Below, in pieces: positions 40,380 to 54,011 of a DNA stretch of 64,000 nt. The notes beneath the pieces are model-generated. The model was not told where the DNA came from. It saw only the letters and a program-made list of their open reading frames with translations, and searched no databases. The translations under genes were made by a program, and so were the position numbers. Position 1 is the first letter of the stretch. Every line of letters begins with the position of its first letter. Origin of the DNA: Felis catus (lineage: Eukaryota); the NCBI RefSeq assembly GCF_018350175.1, contig NC_058368.1:126916001-126980000 (forward strand). The letters run 5' to 3'.

Positions 40380-42650
40380 GTTCCTCAGTGCTACTCAATA
40401 GTTTTCATTCAACATGTGTTTTAACACTGAAACAAATCAGAAATAAGACAAAGATGATCACTATCTCCAGTATTCCATGCTGCTCAGGAAATTCTAATGT
40501 AAGCAATCAAGAAAATGAATATGAGCTTCAAGTGTTTGAAAGGAGGGGGCCAAATTACATTTTAAGATGACAATTCTATAACTGTTCAGGAGAATCAACT
40601 AAAATGTGTAAGGAAGGAATAACATTATGACTTATAATAATGGTAGAACACTATAAAATACATACACACAATAGACTTTTTATATAACAGTAATAACCAG
40701 TTAGAAAATGGAGACGATTCCATTTACAATAGTCAGAAAACATATACAATATCTAGAAATAAACTTAATAAAAATGTAAAGATCTTATATAAATAATATT
40801 GTAAAACTTCATTGAAGGACATTTTACAAAACTAAAAAGTATGTAAACATATGCAATTTCCTGGGTGGGAAGACTGAGTATTACAAGGAAAGATTAATTT
40901 ATAACTTAAATGCACTTAGTTTGGCCCTAAAATGTTAAAAATTTCTTAAATATGCAATTTGATTTCTGATATCTACTTTCTTCTTGAAGACATTTTTCTT
41001 GGAGCCCCGTGACAACTCTTTCTAATTTAGGCTCCCTACTTTCTAGGCCTATTATACTGTTGTCATTCTGTAATTTATTTTTACATGACACCTGGGCTAG
41101 TTCCAGCACTCGTTGTACTCTGAGTTATCTTCTGTATAGGATTCTTGTTGTTTTGTTTGGCTGAAATATGTCGTCAAAAAATGTTTTTTTCATTAGGAAG
41201 GACGTGTAGGAAGTAAACGTATAAACTTAAACCCTGTTATGTTTCATCACATGTTTAGTTTGTCCTAACATTCCATAGTTTGGCTATCAATTCTGGGTTC
41301 TAATTAATCCTTCTCAGAACTCTGAAACATTGCCTCATCTGTCCCAGATACCAGCTTTGCTGATGAGAAGTCTGATTACTTTGAAAGGTCCTTTTTTGTT
41401 CTCTAGAAGCTTTTAGGATCAATTTCTTATCCCTGGAATTCCAAAATTTCGTCATGTGTTTTGGTATGTATTCTTTTCCCCTCTGTTGAGCATTGGATAA
41501 ACCTTTTCAATACGAGGACTTAAATCACTCTTCAGGTCAAGATTTTTTTCCCCCAAATATTTTTCCCCTGCCCCTTGTCCCTCCACTGCTTCTCACACTT
41601 TTCATATTTCTTTTTTCCATCACATTTTATATCCTTGTCTTTTTGTTCCACATTCTGGAAAATTGCTTGATCAATTCAATATTCAAGCATGTTCAGTGTT
41701 TCTTCTAATCTTCCTATTTTTTTTCAGCACCTGCTCCTATTTCACGGAAACTTAATCATACTTAATGAACATATTTTTCTCCTTAAACTCTCTGAAAACT
41801 TAACATTTTAAGTTTTTTTCCCCCCTATACTTTGTATCATCTCTGTTTCTCCTGGAAACAGAAGACAAATTTTCGTCAGAAAAATGCATTTGTTTTGTTC
41901 ATTCATTACTTTCTTTTCATTCATGCTATTGGTTTTCTTCAAATGTCCAGTGATTCTTTCTTGACTGTGAATATTTATAATTTAAGAACTAGGAGTTTCT
42001 TAGATGGTTGGCAGGGGTCTCATAAGTGGTTGTTCAGTACTTATAAATGGATTAGTTAGCAATCTAATGCAAATTCAATCACAAACTCAATGGGATTTCT
42101 TGGGAGGACTTCACAAATAGATTATAAAATTAATTTTTATATTTAAAAATTAATACTTTTAAATTAGCAAAATCAAATGAGGATAACTGGGGGAATTCTA
42201 AAAAATAAGATTAAGAGGGTGCATGTTCTCTCACATACTAAACTGTATTTTTTTAGCCATAATAATTATAACATTATAATTTTGGTATAGGAATAGGCTG
42301 TAAAGATTAAAAAAAATGGAGCCATTATTTCAACCATTATTACCTTTAATAAAATATAGAAGTAACATTTTAAGCCAATAAGGAAACTATGGATTATTTA
42401 ATAAATAGTGTTCTGAAAATTTAGGAATCGGAGATAAAGAATATTAGTGCTCTGACTTACTATAAAATTAATTCCATAAATATTAAAGATTTAAACATGT
42501 AAGCCAAGTCCATAAAGGACTAAAATAAAATGTAGGTATATATACATGCTGGGGTAGGAAAAGTCTTGCTGAGGATGTATAATATATTTTTTATTTTTAA
42601 TATACTTGTTTATAGGCTATATATTAAACAATTTAAAACTTATGTTTATT
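40380..42650 (+). mobile_element. Ancient L1ME-type ORF2 relic split by an opposite-strand L1M/HAL1 ORF1 segment (~40930-42050)
   Basis: The + strand shows GATTCCATTTACAATAG...CTAGAAATAAACTTAA...GGGAAGACTGAGTATT up to ~40915. It resumes at ~42060 with TAATGCAAATTCAATCAC. The insert carries the antisense ORF1 pattern GCTGATGAGAAGTCTGA. Confidence 0.6.
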
Positions 42651-42839
42651 AAGGGAAAATATCTATAAATGGAAAATTATAAATGTGGGTTGGGGTGGTA
42701 GAAAAGCAAAGAAAAAAATATTCAGAAGTCGCTAAAAGCAATGTTGTATATATAGAATCATCCTGACTTGTATATATAAAATCACCCTACACCCTGTTGT
42801 ATAGGGGTCTATACGGCAAAGAAAAAAATAAGGTAATTT

Positions 42840-43000
42840 GATGACAAATTACTCCTAGTGCCCCCATTTTACACATCAGCAAATTGAGACTTGGAAGTTT
42901 ACCAGACTTTCTGAGGATCACATAACTAAGAGTGAAGAGCTGTGATCTGACTCTAAAGAGTCTGGTTTCAGAGTCCATCTCTCACTCCTATGCTGTACTG
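42840..43000 (-). mobile_element. MIR SINE relic
   Basis: CCCCATTTTACACATCAGCAAATTGAGACTTGGA...GATCACATAACTAAG. Confidence 0.7.
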
Positions 43001-43129
43001 CGGATTCCAGCCAACCCTCTGGTATGAATTTTATATACCTCTCTGTGAGACTTTGCTTATAATACTTCTCGACCCAGAACCCAGAACTCTTCTTTCCTGC
43101 CCTACCAGTTCCCCTTGTATTTCCACACC

Positions 43130-43715
43130 CAGTTCCATTAAAAACTTCTCTACAAAGTTTTTTCAACAATTCCAGTCCTTCTTGGAATTCCCTCCTCCCT
43201 TGGATTGAGAACACTCCGTTGGTTTTCTGCCTACTTCTCAGTCACTCTTTTTCAATCTCTTTGTTGGATTCTTCTTTCTCTACACATTTTTTTTCACTCT
43301 ACTCAGTGTTTCTGTGAGTACATTTATTCCCCAAACTGTAACATCTACCGAGTTATGTTCTGAAAATGCTAGCTTTGATCGCTGTTCTGCATTCCATAGA
43401 TATCCATCCACCTGAGTGTTCAGACATCACAAACTCGGCGTTTCCAACACTGGTATTTATTTGTCTGCTATTTTTACTGTCTTACTGAAATGTCACCATC
43501 ATTCACTCAGCTAGTGAAGTCAGAAATCCAAGCATGATCTTTCCCTTTCTCAAGCCCAGGTTCAGTCTGTTTAACTCTATAAATAGCTATTGAGATTTCC
43601 CCCTCTCTTCTAAATTCCCTTAGCTCAAGCTCTTTTTGTTTCTTATGTGAGCTGGTTTTCCTCGTGCCTGTTATCCCTCTATTCATTCCAATTTGATCTC
43701 CACATCAGCATTTCT
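43130..43715 (+). mobile_element. L2 relic (5' portion; continues at ~45720-46190)
   Basis: Pyrimidine-rich L2 sense pattern; distal portion ends GGCACTTAATACATGTTTGTTAAATG. Confidence 0.6.
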
Positions 43716-43934
43716 CAAATTCGAGAGGTCACAGATTTCCAAGGACACTTCTATAACTTTCAAAGGCACACAGTCTCTATATGATAAACTTTCAGCAAAA
43801 AGTTACATACTTTTCATCAGATGACAATATGTGGTTAATGTGATAATTCATGCATTGGTAAATGCAAAGGAAAAATTCAGACACATGATCCAGAAAATGT
43901 TTGCATTTGATTTTTCTAAAGTATATTAAAAATG

Positions 43935-45625
43935 AAATCTCTACTCTGAAAACTATAAAATATTGATGAAAGAAGTTGAAGATGACACAAACAAATGGGA
44001 AGATATTCCATGCTCATGGATCAGAAGAACACATATTGTTAACATGTCCATACTACCCAGAGCAACAGATTTAAAGCAACACCTATCAAAATACCAACAG
44101 CAGTTTTCACAGGACTATAACAAATAATCCTAAAATCTGTATGGACTCAAGAAACTCTGATAGTCAAAGCTATCTTGAAAAAGAAGAACAAAGCTGCAGG
44201 CATTATAATCCCAGATTTCAAGATATACTACAAAGCCGTAGTAATAAAAACACTATGGTACTGGGACAAATACACACAGATCAATAAAACAGAGTTTAGA
44301 AATAAACCCAAGACTATATGGTCAATTAGTCTTCAACAAAGGAAGCAAGAAAATGGAATGAGGAAAAGTCTCTTTAGCAAATGTTGTTCGGAAAACTGTA
44401 TAGCTACATGCAAAATAATGAAACTGGAGCACATTACTATAACATATACAAAAATCAACTCAAATTGAATTAAAGACATAAATGTGAGACCCAAAACTAT
44501 AAAAATCTTAGAAGAGAGCACAGTAATAATTTCTCTGACATCAGTCATAGCAACATTTTTCTAGATAGGTCTCCTGAGGCAAGGGAAACAAAAGCAAAAA
44601 TAAACTATTGGGACTACATGAAAATAAAAAGCTTCTGCACAGAGAAGGAGAGAGTCAACAAAACTGAAAGAAAGCCTACTGAATGGTAGAAGATATTTTC
44701 AAATGACATATCCAATAAAGTGTTAGTATCCAAAATATATAAAGGAATTATATATCTCAACACAGAAAAAACAAATAATGTAATTAAAAATGGACAGAAG
44801 ACCTGTACAGACATTTCTCCAAAGAAGACATCCAGATGGCCAACAGACACCCAAAAAGATGCTCAATATCACTCAGCATTGGGAAATGCAAATCAAAACC
44901 ACAATAAGATATCACCTGATACCAGTCAGAATGGCTAAAATCGAAAACATAAGAAACAACAAGTGTTGGTGAGGGTGTGGAGAAAAAGGAACCCATGTGC
45001 ACTGTTGGTGGGAATGCAAACTGGTGCAGCCACTGCAGAAGACAGTAGGGAGGTTCCTTAAAAAATTAAAAATAGAAGTACCATATGATCCAGTAATTCA
45101 TTATGGGGTATTTACCCCAGAAATATTAAAACACTAATTCTAAAAGATATATGCACCCCTATGTTGATTGAAGCATTACTGACAATAGCCAAATAATGAA
45201 AGTGCCCATCAATAGATGAATGGATAAAGAAGATGTGGTATATATAATGAAATATTACCCAGACATAAAAAAAAAAAGAATGAAATCCATCCACTTGCAA
45301 CAACATGGGTGGATCTAGAGAATATAATACTAAATTAAATAAATCAGTCAGAAAAAGACAAATACCATATGATTTTAGTCATACTTGGAATTTAAGGAAA
45401 AAGCAAACAAAAAAAGAGACAAACCGAGAAAGAGACTCTTAACTACAGAGAAGAAACTGATGGTTACCAGTTGGGTGAAATGCTTGATGGGGATTAAGAG
45501 TTCACTCATCATGATGAGCACACTCGAATAATGTACAGAACTATTGAATCACTATATTGTATTGTGTTGTATGTTAATTATACTGGAATTAAAAATTATA
45601 TTAAAACTTGAAATACAAAATTAAA
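43935..45625 (+). mobile_element. 5'-truncated carnivore L1 (ORF2 C-terminal part and 3'UTR)
   Basis: [20 protein letters not shown]...; [38 protein letters not shown]; 3'UTR and A-rich tail. Confidence 0.96.
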
Positions 45626-46889
45626 AATATATATATTACAAAGACTCTTTCAAATACACAACTTTAAATGGTGTCAAAATGTTTTCATGACAAAACTTTA
45701 GACTGATTTTTCTCCCTTTGAATAAAATCACCACACTGCTTAAAGAAAAAAAAGCATGACATTCAAGACATAGCAGTTCATGATAGATGGCTTCTTTTTC
45801 ATTTTTCTGTCACCCCTTCCCCATCACCCCTGTGTCACCTACTGCAACCTATTTGGGGCTGTCTGGTGCCTTTCACACTACAGTATTTTCTTGGATCAAT
45901 GACACCAAACCATAATACAGCTTTCCTAATCTAGCTAGTTTCTCATCCTTTAAGTCTCAGCTCAGGGATTTTCATCTCTAGGAGAATCTCTGATTTTCTT
46001 CTCTCTTTTTCAGTCTTGAAATGATATTTGTGCACCTATAGCATGCCATGGCATAATTGACCATTTGTCCTTCTGTTTAACCATCTTCACTGCTGGGTCC
46101 ATAAAATGTGGAACTGTCTTAATGCACCTTCCAGTCTCCAAGCCTACTACAGTTTTGAGGCACTTAATACATGTTTGTTAAATGGATCAATAACCTTCCA
46201 GCTATATTTATCTTCCCTTTTTCTACTGCAACTCATTCATTCATTTATCCATTCACTAGTCACTTATCTATTAGTTTCGGAGAACATAAAGAAGAATAAG
46301 ACATAGCTCTATCTGCTACTGAATACTTTATTATTGTACTGTATCATCTCTCTCTTTTCCCCGTAATCATTTAGTTGCATTAGAGTCTCATCCTATCTTC
46401 TCTGCTCCACAAAGTTCTTAGACTGTTGTAGAAGTCCAATATATATTTGTGGAATAGGGGATATTTTGCCTTTAGGGGATACCTATTAATGTGTAGTTCT
46501 ATCAGAGGATCCTGCTGTGTAGAAATCTCGAAGTGCTACACTCCAAAGCAGTTGTAGCCACTTAGAGATTTTGTGGCATAAATGTCCTAAGTGGGCTGAT
46601 GGGTGGAATTGAGTTCAGGAAGGAAACAGAATGTTGTATATGATTCCAGGTCATTAGCCGATCTCTGAGGGTGATACTGATTTTGTCAAGATAAATAGAC
46701 TAATATGTAGTGAATTTTAGTCAGAATTAAATATTAGTTTTACAATATTTATGGACTACTTATTTACATATTCACAGATAAAGAAAACAAAGCAATTGAT
46801 CTAGGCTGATAGGTACAAAAAAGTATTTTCAGTTCTGGTGGCTCCATCTCTTATTATTTCTGGATAAACATGTTATTCATCTTTCAATA

Positions 46890-47110
46890 CTAGATAACAA
46901 CAGAGCTAACAGTTTTTGAGCATTTATATCAGTTAAGCTCAGTTTTATGCATTTTTACATGTATTAGTACATTAAATATTTACAATAACTCCTATTATAC
47001 CTATTTCATTGCTAGGAAAACTGAAGCATAGACAGCCTCAGTAACTTGCCCAAGGTAACTTGGCCAGTTAGTGTGGAGCTGTAACTTAAACACTGGCAAT
47101 CTTCACTTTT
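46890..47110 (-). mobile_element. MIR SINE relic
   Basis: GGAAAACTGAAGCATAGA...GTAACTTGCCCAAGGTAAC. Confidence 0.75.
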
Positions 47111-47173
47111 TACAATTGATTTATGCTACTTATAAAAGGAACACTGGACTGCTTGTTACAAAACCAGGTTTCT

Positions 47174-47390
47174 TTTTATTTTAAGTTTTTAATGTTTATT
47201 TATTTTTGAGAGGCAGAAAGAGACAGAGTGTGAGTGGGGAAGGGGCAGAGAGAGAGAGAAAGGCACAGAATCTGAAGAGGCTCCAGGCTCTGAACTGTCA
47301 GCACAGAGCCCGACTTGGGGCTCGAACTCACAAGCTGTGAGATCATGGCCGAAGCTGGACACTTAACCAACTGGGCCACCCAGGAGCCCC
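47174..47390 (-). mobile_element. Can-SINE
   Basis: Perfect 16-bp TSD ACAAAACCAGGTTTCT at 47158-47173 / 47391-47406. Confidence 0.97.
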
Positions 47391-48574
47391 ACAAAACCAG
47401 GTTTCTAATCTTGAACTCATGATACAATAGTGGAGAGAATTTAAGGATGTCATTTCATTTTATCTTCTGAGTTTCATTGTCTTTGCACCCCTTACAGCCT
47501 GTGAGGAGAAGTCTTTACATATTATAATCTGAAAAGTGTTATAAATTCAAGGTTTTTTTTTTCTACATTCAAGTTAATTTTAAGAGTCTGGGAAAGAGTC
47601 TTACAGAAAATCTTTGTGAAGGCAGAGACAAGGTGAGGCACCAGCACTGAATGTTCAGACTCCTACTAACCACGTTAAGCTGCACATTTTATTGCTAAAC
47701 CTAAAGGGAGGGATTAGAGGCGAGGAGATAGAAAGCAAGAAGGTATATAGCCTGGCTTTTTAGAGTAGTATAAATTATGTTCTTGACTAGTTTAAGAGCT
47801 TAACAATTACTTCTAAGATAAGCAGGGTTAAAGGGGACTCAGGGAGGAGTAAACTTATAAAAAAATACAATCAAATTATTAAAAATTATCAGAACTACCT
47901 GTAAAAGCATATATAGTTTCATTGTATCTTTCTTTCAAAAAAAATTACGCTCCAGCTGGTTGGTATCAGCAATCTGGTGATGAACACTCCTCATATTTCA
48001 TGCATAGAACAGTTGACACTATGCCTAGTGCACTTGCATTATTTGCCTAGGAGTTAGAAAGCCCAAGTTGTGTGCCCATTTGGTTCCAGGTCAATAAAGA
48101 AGTGGATATCTTCCTCTGGGGAGATGTGTTTCCTCAAGTAATAGGGAGCATCTTGAAGTACCTGCCCCCTCTCTAACTCAAAGGGACGCAGTGAAGATTG
48201 GTAAGACAGTGCCTGTGAAGTTCTTTGAACTCTTTACAAGATAAAACATACACAGACATACTGGCATGAGAAGCACTATCCTTAACTCCTTGATAGATGA
48301 GAGCAACAAGAAGGAAACAAAAATATCTCAAAGGCAGTCCCCAATTATAAAAATATTGGGCAGGGATGGAAAATGTTATTGGATAGAAAACAACAACAAT
48401 AGCAACAACACTGAATCCAAACTAATATTTGTACTCTATATTCTACAGATTCTCAGAAGGCCCTTCATTGCCCCAGAGTATTATTAGCCTTTCTTACTGG
48501 TATGTTGCAGCGAATATTTTAACTTATGTGGTCTTTGGTTTCTGAAAAGGTGCTTAAAAATTCTTCTTAGAAAT

Positions 48575-49400
48575 ACTTTTCATGAAGAAGTACAACCACA
48601 ACACAGAAGAAATTTAAGTATCTACTAAACATATGAATGAGTGCTCACCCTCATTACTACTCAGGGAAATGGAATGATCTCATTATAGAATCTCCTTATT
48701 TGGAAAAAAAAAAAAACAGAAAGTCTGACAATATCATGTGTTTCTGACTAGGATTTAGAGTGACAGGAATTCTCATACACTTTTCATACATTTAATCAAA
48801 CACTTTCCTTTTACCTAGTAAAGTTAAAGATATACATGACCCAGGATTCCATTCTTTGTTATTTCCCCTACAGAAATGCATGCTCTAGGCACCAAGATAC
48901 ATGTATGTGAAAGTTCATAATATCTTTATTCATAATATTCCCAATCTAGAAACTGCTCAATTTCATAGCAAAAGAATATTGTGCAAATAAATTGTAGGTC
49001 CTTTATACAACACAATACTATATACTGATGAAAATCCTCAGTTACACGCAACACTGATGTATTGTACAAGTATAATATTATGTAAAAGAAGGAAAACATA
49101 AAAACATCTACAAGATTAGTCCATTTACACAAAATGCAAAAAAAAAAAAAAAAAACTAAACTGAACTCCATTGTTTTGAGATGCATATATAGGTAGGAAA
49201 CCACACCACAAAGGAAAGCAGGAAAAGAGAAAGAAAGGTTAGGATAGTGGTTAACTCTTTGAAAAGGAAGACACAGAAATAAATAGGGTATTTCTGAGGG
49301 ATGATTAAAATAGGTATTTACTTTACAACTATTTGTTAAACTTAACACTACGTTTTATGTACTTTTCTAGCTGTTTGCTATATTTCACAATTAAAAAATT
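48575..49400 (+). mobile_element. Ancient L1ME-type 3' end
   Basis: AAAGTCTGACAATATC...TTTTATGTACTTTTCT...TATTTCACAATTAAAAAA. Confidence 0.7.
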
Positions 49401-49409
49401 TACAAAGAC

Positions 49410-50540
49410 ACTATTAAGCTATAGTAATCAAGGCAGTGTGGTACTAGAGAAAGAAGAGACAAATAAATCAATGAAACGGACTAGAGGGCCCCAAAATAGA
49501 CCCATATAAATGCACGCAACTGATCTTTTACAAAGAAGCAAAGGCAATAAAATGGAAAAAAGGTATTTTCAATGAATGGTGCTGGAACATATGGACATCC
49601 ACATGTAAAGAAAAAAAAAAGAATCTAGATACAGACATTACACTCCTCACAAAAATAAACTCAAAGCAGTTAGCAGACTAAATGTAAAACACAAAACTCC
49701 AAAACTCCTAGAAATAGGTGGAAATCTAGATGACTTTGAGTTTGATCATGACTTTTTAGATACAACACCAAATGCATAACCCCTGAGAGAAATAATCAAC
49801 AAGTAGACCTCATTAAAACTGAAAGTTTCTGTTCTGTGAAAGACAATGCTAAGAAATGAGAAGACAATCCACAGAACAGGAGAAAGAATTTGCAGTGATA
49901 TATCTGATAAAGGACTGTTATTGAAAATACACACAAAAATCTAAAATCTTAACAATAAATAAATCAGAAACTAGATTTAAAAAAGGGCCAATTCCTTAAG
50001 AGACCCCTTGTCAACAAAGATACTCAGATTGTAAATAAGCACATGAAAAGATGTTTTACATATGTCATTAGAAAAATGCAAATTAGAACAAGGAGATACC
50101 ACTTCACACCTAATAGAATGGCCAGAATCTGTAACACTGACCGTGCCAAATGCCAGTGAAGAGAGGAAACAGGTGCTCTTATTCATTGCTGGTACCAGTG
50201 GTTCAGGCACATTGGAAGACAGTGTGGAGATTTCCTACCAAACTGAACACACTCTTACCATATGATCTGGCAATTGAACCACTTCGAATTTACCCCAAAA
50301 AGTTGAAAACTTTCGTCCACACAAAAACCTGCAAATGTATAGTTATAGTAGCCTTATTCGTAATTGACAAAGCTTGGAGGGAGTCAGCTGTCCTTCACTA
50401 GGTGCACAAATAAATAAACTGGTACATCTGGACATCTGGCGGTACATCTGGACAATGGAATATTATGGGAAAGCCTTATCTTCTGCTCAATTCTGCTGTC
50501 AAACTAAAATTGTTCTAAAAAATAAAATCTATTAAAGAAA
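49410..50540 (+). mobile_element. L1MC-like ORF2 end with internally deleted 3'UTR
   Basis: AAGCTATAGTAATCAAGGCAGTGTGGTACT...; terminal TCTGCTCAATTCTGCTGTCAAACTAAAATTGTTCTAAAAATAAAATCTATT. Confidence 0.85.
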
Positions 50541-51089
50541 AAACTCAAAAACAAAAAAACAAAAGCCTGAGCACTTGTGGCTTCCTGGAAGTTTACAAAA
50601 ATTCCCCAAAGCTTAAAGAGATTAAAAAAAGATGAATTATTTGGAAACTTTTTAACTCTAAATCAACTACATAAGTGCTGATGAAGATCACCTGGTGAAT
50701 AACATAGAGATTTTACATGAAATGTCTCCTTAAGTAACATACACTTACTGGGAAGAACACAAAGTCCAAATTGCAAACTGTTAGCAAGGGAAAGAACTGA
50801 AGACTTTCTCTTCAAAACTGCCAGCCTCCTCTGGTTTAATTGAAATTGATGGCAGAGACAACAGAGCACACTTAATTGAATTTTAATCTTAATGATCTCT
50901 GAGCCATGTTTGAAACATAAACATACATGTGAGAGTTCTTCAAGATGTTGGATATGAATGTTTTCATAATTCAAAAGCATACTTTGCTTATGAATCTCTT
51001 TTAAACAAGCTTTGGCTGGGAATTCTTTTCTTCCAGATGTTTGTTGTTGCATAGACACAACCGCCATCTCTCTGCATATAATTTCAAAC

Positions 51090-51205
51090 AAAGTTATAAG
51101 GAGTATATTTATTTTACAAAAGTAGGATTCAAATGAATTGTCTGTAGGTTTATATAGTGATGAATACTTAAGTCTAATAAAGTCCTTCAGATAGCATCTC
51201 TTCAC
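51090..51205 (-). CDS. Candidate distal alternative last exon of an unidentified minus-strand gene (short coding part and 3'UTR)
   Basis: Acceptor gtcttttttcag|GTGAAG at 51206/51205. Phase-1 reading is GEEMLSEGLY* (TAG at 51174-51176); phase-2 reading stops immediately. AATAAA at 51108-51113. The lower boundary is estimated and the frame is not determined. Confidence 0.5.
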
Positions 51206-51379
51206 CTGAAAAAAGACCTCATTACTTTCAAACCTAAAAGCATTTTATATTTCTAAGGTGTTATTAAATTGGCCTTATTAACAATTTTGGTAAAAAATAA
51301 GCTGTCCAAATCATACATGGAAAATTATTTTTTGTTATATACGTTTTCATTTAAAAACCCTGTTTAAGCAACTTACATG

Positions 51380-51605
51380 AGGCAAAATAGTTTGATGGTT
51401 AGGAGGATAACCTCTAAAGTCATATCTGGATTTAAATCCCAGCTTTACCCTTTACTAACTTAGACAAGCCATATTGCCTCTCTGTGCCTCAGAACCTACT
51501 TCCTGTTAGGTATGTCTTATTCTTACAAGGATGAAAAATATATCCCATATAATGCACTTTGCAAGCTCCAAGCACAGGGTGAGCACTCAATAAATGTTAC
51601 CTATC
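51380..51605 (+). mobile_element. MIR SINE relic
   Basis: CTGGATTTAAATCCCAGCTTTACC...CCTCTCTGTGCCTCAG...GAGCACTCAATAAATGTTA. Confidence 0.75.
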
Positions 51606-51719
51606 AGCAGCAGTATCTTCTAGAATCTTCTTGATCTTGTAACCAAACTGTTTTATTCCACTTTTTTCCCCTACTATGACGTGCTCTTTCAGGCCACCTT
51701 CCTCCTCAGCTGTGGTTCC

Positions 51720-52808
51720 CTTGGATTTCTAGCAAAAGGTGGTGAAGCCATACATGCTTTTCTTCTCTTTCTCTTTCTGAAACCTTACTAAAATGAAAGT
51801 AAAGAAATAAAAAAAACACACAAATCCACAAAGGCAGAGGTAATGGGGAGGAGAGATCGGCAAAGGAGAGATTCCAACTTATTTTTCACAATCAGACAGT
51901 GGATAGAGGAGTGGAAACCGCCTTATCCCAATGCAGGAAAATGGAGCAAATTTGAAGAGAAAGTGAACTAATATGTTCTGGTAAGCCCAGAAAGATTCAG
52001 TGCTTAGAGGCAGCACACACTAAGGAAGGCAGGAATTTACTGAGAGGCCGAAAGTGTATTAAAATTATATGGAAGCATTGGATCCCAACTACTTCTCTCT
52101 CCTCTAGAACACTGAATTTTTCCTTTCTGGAGAAAACAAGCTAGAGAGATTCCAACTACGAACATCAGACATTGTGGTAAAGAAGGTGAGGCCCAAAGTT
52201 GAAAACAGATGCTTAACTGCGGAGTTCCCAGTAAGATGCCCAACCTCCTTATATGCCATGCTCCCCAAATACCAGCTGTTAGGTAAATGCCCCTAGGCAG
52301 ATATTTTCTAGACAGGATTTAGAGAATCTCCTCATTATGATATTGGAGAACTTCCCAAAGAATAAGCCAGTCATGCTATAGTGAAACCCTAGAGCTGATG
52401 AGCCCCATTCATTTTCACCCAACTTGGATGGCATTGTTATTGTTGTCATGATTGTTGTTTTATTATCTTTGTGCAGGTGTATGTGTGTGCATGTATGTGT
52501 GTATCACTTATAAATAAGAATGGACAACCTTGAGGAAGCTCTCCAGAATGAAGAAAAGAGACTAGAAATTAGCAGACCACATCAACTGAATAACGAAATC
52601 CACAAGAAACAGAGACTGGAAAACCTCTGAAGAGCTATTGTGCTGTAAGAAAGATATTGCATTCCTGGTATAACAATAGATTCTATTAAAAAGGAATCAC
52701 CAAAGAACAAGACAGCATTAAAAATTATGACCAAAATAACAATTTAATAAAAAGTCTGGAAGATAAATTGGAAGAAATCTTGCAGAAGGTAGAACAAAAC
52801 ACCAAAGA

Positions 52809-52841
<33 letters not shown>

Positions 52842-53200
52842 AAGGCAATTAAGGATCTGATCTAGGAGATCTGATATCCAACTGTCAGGAATCCTTGGGA
52901 GAGAGAGCAGAGAAAATGGAGAAAGTAAAATTTTGGTGAACAAAAAAAGCAAAAATTCCAGAGTTATAGGACCCATATGTCTGGAATGTGTGCCTGGGAT
53001 AATGTAGGAAGACACAGGCCGCGACAATTGATCATGAAATATAGAAACACTAGTGATGAAGAGAAGTTCATAAAAAATTTGTACAAAGAGAAATAGGTTT
53101 TGAACAGAAATCCAGATGTCATTCATGTGAGAAAACAATGGAATGATTCCTGCAAAATACGAGAAAATACATTTGGAACCTAGATTTCACCTGCAGTCAA
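51720..53200 (+). mobile_element. Ancient L1M/HAL1 5'UTR-ORF1 relic
   Basis: GAAGATAAATTGGAAGAAATCT...AGGAGATCTGATATCCAACT...GAAAACAATGGAATGA...GAACCTAGA resemble ORF1 coiled-coil, RRM and C-terminal segments. Confidence 0.6.
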
Positions 53201-53742
53201 TCTATGCCTGAGAGGACCAAAGGTTCAAAGGCAGAACAGGTGGAATCTAACTAGTATACAGAGTAGATTCCCGGAGAAGAGACCTCACAAGTCTAACTCA
53301 ATGTTAGAGACACAAGAAAGAAAAAAAAAAGGCACTCTCAACACCACTCTGAGATTCTGGATACCCTGCGACAAACATTTCTTTTTGGCTAACGCCACTG
53401 AATCAGGTTGTTTACAAAGTGTGCCAGCCTTTGTGTTTCAGAAAAAGAGTCCTTCCTTTTCATACAGATGATACTTGTGAAAAAAATGGTCAGTGGGCAA
53501 ATTGCAGCAGGAAATGAAAGCCGAACACCAATTCCGAAGTCAGTTTTGCTTAGACTTTGTATATTGCCACCAAAATTTGCAAGTTATTAAAAAATACCTA
53601 AGAATGACTTTTTACTTATTGGTTAATGACCCAACATTCAGCTATCTTGGATGACAAAGCAGAAAAGTATTTTTTTTGTTTGTATGCTTATTAAATTATA
53701 GTGGAACAATTTTATTAACAATCCCATAATGTGGTGTTTTTA

Positions 53743-53971
53743 AAATTTTTTTTTTTTTTTTCAACGTTTATTTATTTTTGGGACAGAGAGAGACAGAGCA
53801 TGAACGGGGGAGGGGCAGAGAGAGAGGGAGACGCAGAATCGGAAACAGGCTCCAGGCTCCAGGCTCCAAGCCATCAGCCCAGAGCCCGACGCGGGGCTCG
53901 AACTCACGGACCGCGAGATCGTGACCTGGCTGAAGTCGGACGCTTAACCGACTGCGCCACCCAGGCGCCCC
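53743..53971 (-). mobile_element. Very young felid Can-SINE
   Basis: CpG-intact body; perfect 15-bp TSD AATGTGGTGTTTTTA at 53728-53742 / 53973-53987; one extra internal CAGGCTC unit. Confidence 0.98.
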
Positions 53972-54002
53972 AAATGTGGTGTTTTTAGATGCTAATTCTT
54001 AC

Positions 54003-54011
54003 CTGAAAGGA
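54003..54011 (-). CDS. Candidate 9-nt microexon TCCTTTCAG (or recursive AG|GT site)
   Basis: Minus strand reads ggatttttggttttgtctttgttttttgttgttcaag|TCCTTTCAG|gtaaga: long U-rich tract, canonical donor, frame-preserving length. Confidence 0.45.

Noticed and set aside
50663..51205. 180-aa minus-strand ORF starting exactly at a splice acceptor
   Set aside because: It starts at GTG, has no recognisable domain and runs through an AATAAA. None of the candidate upstream exons delivers an open phase-0 frame. ORFs of 156-175 aa occur elsewhere in non-coding parts of the window. Not fully excluded if an exon outside the window splices in phase 0.
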